Of a stretch of 17,352 bases of DNA, positions 15,753-17,352 are shown piece after piece (position 1 is the stretch's first letter; every line of letters begins with the position of its first letter). Under the pieces are notes generated by a model. It worked only from the letters and a program-made list of their open reading frames with translations, did no database searches and was not told where the DNA came from. Origin of the DNA: an uncultured Clostridia bacterium (lineage in GTDB: Bacteria > Bacillota > Clostridia > TANB77 > UBA1234); the NCBI GenBank assembly GCA_947624765.1, contig CANQLS010000007.1, positions 1 to 17,352 of the forward strand, given 5' to 3'. Position numbers and translations under genes: made by a program.

Positions 15753-16253
15753 ATGTTATTAAATGCTGTTATAACAGAAATTAAAAAAATTATAAATAGA
15801 ATTGACTTTGACAATTATTTTAATTGGTTTATTAAAAAATTTGATTTTATAGACATTTCTAAGCAATTAAATAGCAAAAAAACGAATGGACTACATCCAA
15901 TTAGGCCACGCAAAGGCGAAATATATACTGTTGAATTTGGGCAAAATGTTGGCTCCGAATTAAGTAATATGCATTTAGGTATAATTGTTCAAGATTCTTT
16001 AAAAAATAGTGTCTCAAGTACAGTAGTTGTAATTCCTATCTCAAGTTCACCTAAATTATATGATACTCATCAATTAATAACAGCTAACGATGTCATTAGT
16101 GGTAAATTGAATAAATTACCTTCTAAAGCCAAAGCAGAACAAATAACTTGCATTGATAAAGCCAGATTAATACATAAGGTTGCCGAACTATCCCCTACTT
16201 TTATGGCTAAATTGGAACAACGTATTAAAAAGACTTTAGATATTAAATCATAA
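15753..16253 (+). CDS. MazF/PemK-fold toxin-like protein with a ~50-aa N-terminal extension
   Basis: Residues about 51-160, RPRKGEIYTVEFGQNVGSELSNMHLGIIVQDSLKNSVSSTVVVIPISSS...ITCIDKARL, align by eye with MazF/EndoA ([47 protein letters not shown]...IRTIDKQRL). Strong RBS AGGAGA 6 nt before the ATG. There is no internal Met that could give a shorter protein. Confidence 0.75.
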   Translation: MLLNAVITEIKKIINRIDFDNYFNWFIKKFDFIDISKQLNSKKTNGLHPIRPRKGEIYTVEFGQNVGSELSNMHLGIIVQDSLKNSVSSTVVVIPISSSPKLYDTHQLITANDVISGKLNKLPSKAKAEQITCIDKARLIHKVAELSPTFMAKLEQRIKKTLDIKS

Positions 16254-16338
16254 AAAATAGGATGGGCTAACCCCATCCAAAATCAACCATATACATTTCT
16301 GTATATGCAAGTACCACTTAACGTGGAAAATATTTGTT
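16252..16338 (-). ncRNA. Candidate ~85-nt sRNA convergent with and abutting the MazF-like gene
   Basis: It has a consensus promoter (next feature). The predicted transcript is TTATTTAACAAATATTTTCCACGTTAAGTGGTACTTGCATATACAGAAATGTATATGGTTGATTTTGGATGGGGTTAGCCCATCCTATTTTTT. It contains two internal hairpins (CCAC/GTGG and the 8-bp CATATACA/TGTATATG). A terminator hairpin GGATGGG/CCCATCC (16278-16260) is followed by a U-tract (16259-16252) that overlaps the toxin TAA. No RBS or credible ORF is present. Confidence 0.55.
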
Positions 16339-16344
16339 AAATAA

Positions 16345-16373
16345 ATTATAGCAAATATTTCTACTGATGTCAA
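16345..16373 (-). promoter_or_regulatory. Near-perfect sigma-A promoter on the minus strand driving the candidate sRNA
   Basis: The minus strand reads TTGACA (16373-16368), a 17-nt spacer TCAGTAGAAATATTTGC, then TATAAT (16350-16345), with TGC forming an extended -10 (TGnTATAAT). Confidence 0.65.
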
Positions 16374-16418
16374 GTTGCACAATTTATTATATGTAAAAAA
16401 CCTAAATTTATGTAGTAG

Positions 16419-16437
16419 ATTAAGCAAATATTTGAAT
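16419..16437 (+). repeat. 19-nt direct repeat ATTAAGCAAATATTTGAAT, copy 2
   Basis: Identical to 15679-15697. It is preceded by TAGTAG, so that TAGTAGATTAA (16413-16423) also repeats 15722-15732. Confidence 0.8.
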
Positions 16438-16554
16438 TAAACTAGGTAGATACTATTGTAATAATGATTTATTTAGTTTTAAGTTTTATAAGAATTAATT
16501 CTAAAGATACTTTTATTTTGACTTTTATAAACTTTTAGCTTAAAATATAGATAG

Positions 16555-16641
16555 ATAGATAGTATATTAAATATTCATAGAGAAGAAATGATGGCTATGT
16601 GGGCCACGCAAGAATTTAAGCAATTGCCACCGCTAGATTAA
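16555..16641 (+). pseudogene. 3' remnant (about 28 codons) of a DUF4160-family gene
   Basis: The open frame IDSILNIHREEMMAMWATQEFKQLPPLD* resembles the C-terminal end of DUF4160 proteins (...H.EEL...W......KIEPL.). Its stop lies just upstream of the DUF2442 start, as in intact DUF4160-DUF2442 pairs. The N-terminal two thirds, including the His-rich core, is missing, and an in-frame TAG lies at 16552-16554. Confidence 0.5.
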
Positions 16642-16646
16642 AGGAG

Positions 16647-16898
16647 ATGATTTTTTTGTTTCACAAAGTAAAAAAAGTTGAGCCTTTGGATAATTATAAG
16701 ATACTAGTAACTTTTGAAGATGGTACAACAAAAGTTTATGATGTTAATATCTTATTTGATAAATTCGTGATTTTCAACCAGTTAAAATTAGTACAAGGAC
16801 TTTTTGAACAAGTAAAAGTTGATACTGGCGGTTATGGAATTTACTGGAATGATGACATTGATTTATCTTGTAATGAATTATGGGATAATGGAATTTAA
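16647..16898 (+). CDS. DUF2442 domain protein
   Basis: KVKKVEPLDNYKILVTFEDGTTKVYDV...VKVDTGGYGIYWNDDIDLSCNELW matches the DUF2442 pattern (V.PL.dy.L...F.nG....D......V.vd..G..i.W....DisPe.LY). The ATG at 16647 touches the RBS AAAGGAG, so TTG at 16656 (MFHKVKKV...) is probably the real start. Confidence 0.75.
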   Translation: MIFLFHKVKKVEPLDNYKILVTFEDGTTKVYDVNILFDKFVIFNQLKLVQGLFEQVKVDTGGYGIYWNDDIDLSCNELWDNGI

Positions 16899-16986
16899 TT
16901 AAAATAAAAATTAGCCACAGAAAATTATAACGCTATGTAGTTTTAAAATTTTAATTAAGGATATGTAGGGATTTTTTAAAAATCTA

Positions 16987-17015
16987 TTGACTAATTATGT
17001 AAATTATGCTATAAT
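16987..17015 (+). promoter_or_regulatory. Near-consensus sigma-A promoter with no downstream protein gene
   Basis: TTGACT (16987-16992), 17-nt spacer, TGcTATAAT (extended -10, TATAAT = 17010-17015). Confidence 0.65.
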
Positions 17016-17021
17016 GTATAT

Positions 17022-17228
17022 AATCTAATAAGGTATTGATATCCAATAGCGATGGAAGATGTTCCACAGATATTGAGGTGTTTAATTTAGTAAACCTAGG
17101 AGAAAATTCCGGAGATGGTTGAAAAATTATTGATGTACCAAATTAGAAAATTATAAAGAAGGAGCTTATATGGAAGAGTCATCTATGTAAAAGGCACATA
17201 CTAATAATATTGTAGTATGTGTCTTTTA
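17022..17228 (+). ncRNA. Candidate ~205-nt orphan RNA or small-peptide transcript
   Basis: It is bounded by the promoter above and the terminator at 17191-17227. The next gene (prfB) is convergent, so this is not a leader of a + strand gene. It contains three micro-ORFs. The last one (17170-17190, MEESSM*) has a strong RBS AAGAAGGAG and ends exactly at the foot of the terminator. Confidence 0.45.
17191..17228. terminator. Bidirectional intrinsic terminator shared by prfB (-) and the orphan RNA (+)
   Basis: GGCACATACTA (17193-17203) / TAGTATGTGTC (17213-17223), 11 bp including one G-U, with a 9-nt loop. AAAA lies on the left and TTTT on the right. Confidence 0.8.
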
Positions 17229-17235
17229 CGTTATA

Positions 17236-17352
17236 TTAATTCTTTATACTCTGCTTTAAATATGCATCAATAAAATCATTAATTTCGCCATCCATTACAG
17301 CCTGAACATTTCCTGTTTCGAAATTAGTTCTATGATCTTTCACTAATGTATA
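17236..17352 (-). CDS. prfB: Peptide chain release factor 2, C-terminal 38 codons plus stop (5' part beyond the right window edge)
   Basis: The reverse complement reads [38 protein letters not shown]. This matches the RF2 C-terminus (.KD.RTG.ET.N.QAVLDG.LD.FI.A.LK). It is not in the ORF track because it is open at the window edge. Confidence 0.8.
   Translation of the reverse strand, partial: YTLVKDHRTNFETGNVQAVMDGEINDFIDAYLKQSIKN

Noticed and set aside
16070-16276. 68-aa minus-strand ORF overlapping the 3' end of the MazF-like gene (a possible antisense-encoded antitoxin).
   Set aside because: Its ATG lies inside the terminator stem (16274-16276) and it has no Shine-Dalgarno sequence. Transcription from the 16345-16373 promoter should stop at the U-tract at 16259-16252, before most of the ORF. 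The sequence is a typical shadow of the opposite-strand gene. It would only matter if the terminator is leaky.
16547-16562. (ATAG)x4 microsatellite as a phase-variation switch.
   Set aside because: It has only four units, is non-coding and is not positioned between recognisable promoter elements. It is noted only as marking the upstream boundary of the DUF4160 remnant.
16591-16609. ATGGCTATGTGGGCCACGC as a fourth copy of the GTAG-hairpin repeat.
   Set aside because: Only the ATGGC start and a weak 4-bp stem are shared. It has no GTAG/CTAC flank, and it lies inside the DUF4160 remnant reading frame, which explains it.
16897-16958. 11-bp inverted repeat TTAATTAAAAT / ATTTTAATTAA after the DUF2442 gene, as a terminator or TIR.
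   Set aside because: It is purely A/T, has a 40-nt loop and no U-tract logic. Such a match is expected by chance in this composition.

Overview
This is a strongly AT-rich chromosomal window, apparently from a low-GC, spore-forming Firmicute (Clostridia-like, judged from spoIID, a spoIIQ-like gene and codon usage). All family calls rest on reading the supplied translations and the DNA by eye; no searches were run. Most of the window is housekeeping. On the minus strand: typA/bipA (5' part; it runs off the left edge and is missing from the ORF track), a four-domain S1 protein, plsC, and an orphan 577-aa bitopic membrane protein with its own promoter. Next comes a tightly coupled TetR, MMPL/RND transporter and 689-aa secreted coiled-coil protein operon; the MMPL gene is broken by a 1-nt frameshift, which explains the 586-aa + 97-aa ORF pair. 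Then: asnS (+); the M23 peptidase (spoIIQ-like) and spoIID (-); infC-rpmI-rplT (-) with an ATT start and an L20-leader-like attenuator; and divergent rplM-rpsI (+) with an L13-leader-like hairpin. The right edge holds the 3' end of prfB (-). The interesting part is a ~1.8-kb accessory islet between rpsI and prfB (about 15.39-17.23 kb). It contains: (i) an inverted pair of GC-rich GTAG+hairpin (REP/BIME-like) elements, with a third copy at 4.75 kb serving as a terminator; (ii) a MazF/PemK-fold toxin gene with a ~50-aa N-terminal extension, His-Leu where the canonical catalytic Arg-Pro sits, and no protein antitoxin ORF; (iii) a convergent ~85-nt candidate sRNA with a perfect TTGACA-17-TGnTATAAT promoter and an intrinsic terminator whose U-tract overlaps the toxin stop codon; (iv) 19-nt and 11-nt direct repeats arranged like recombination junctions around the toxin gene; (v) a decayed DUF4160 3' remnant followed by an intact DUF2442 gene; (vi) a second orphan promoter, ~205-nt RNA and terminator unit carrying micro-ORFs. 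My best candidate for an undescribed system is the MazF-fold toxin plus convergent sRNA module.
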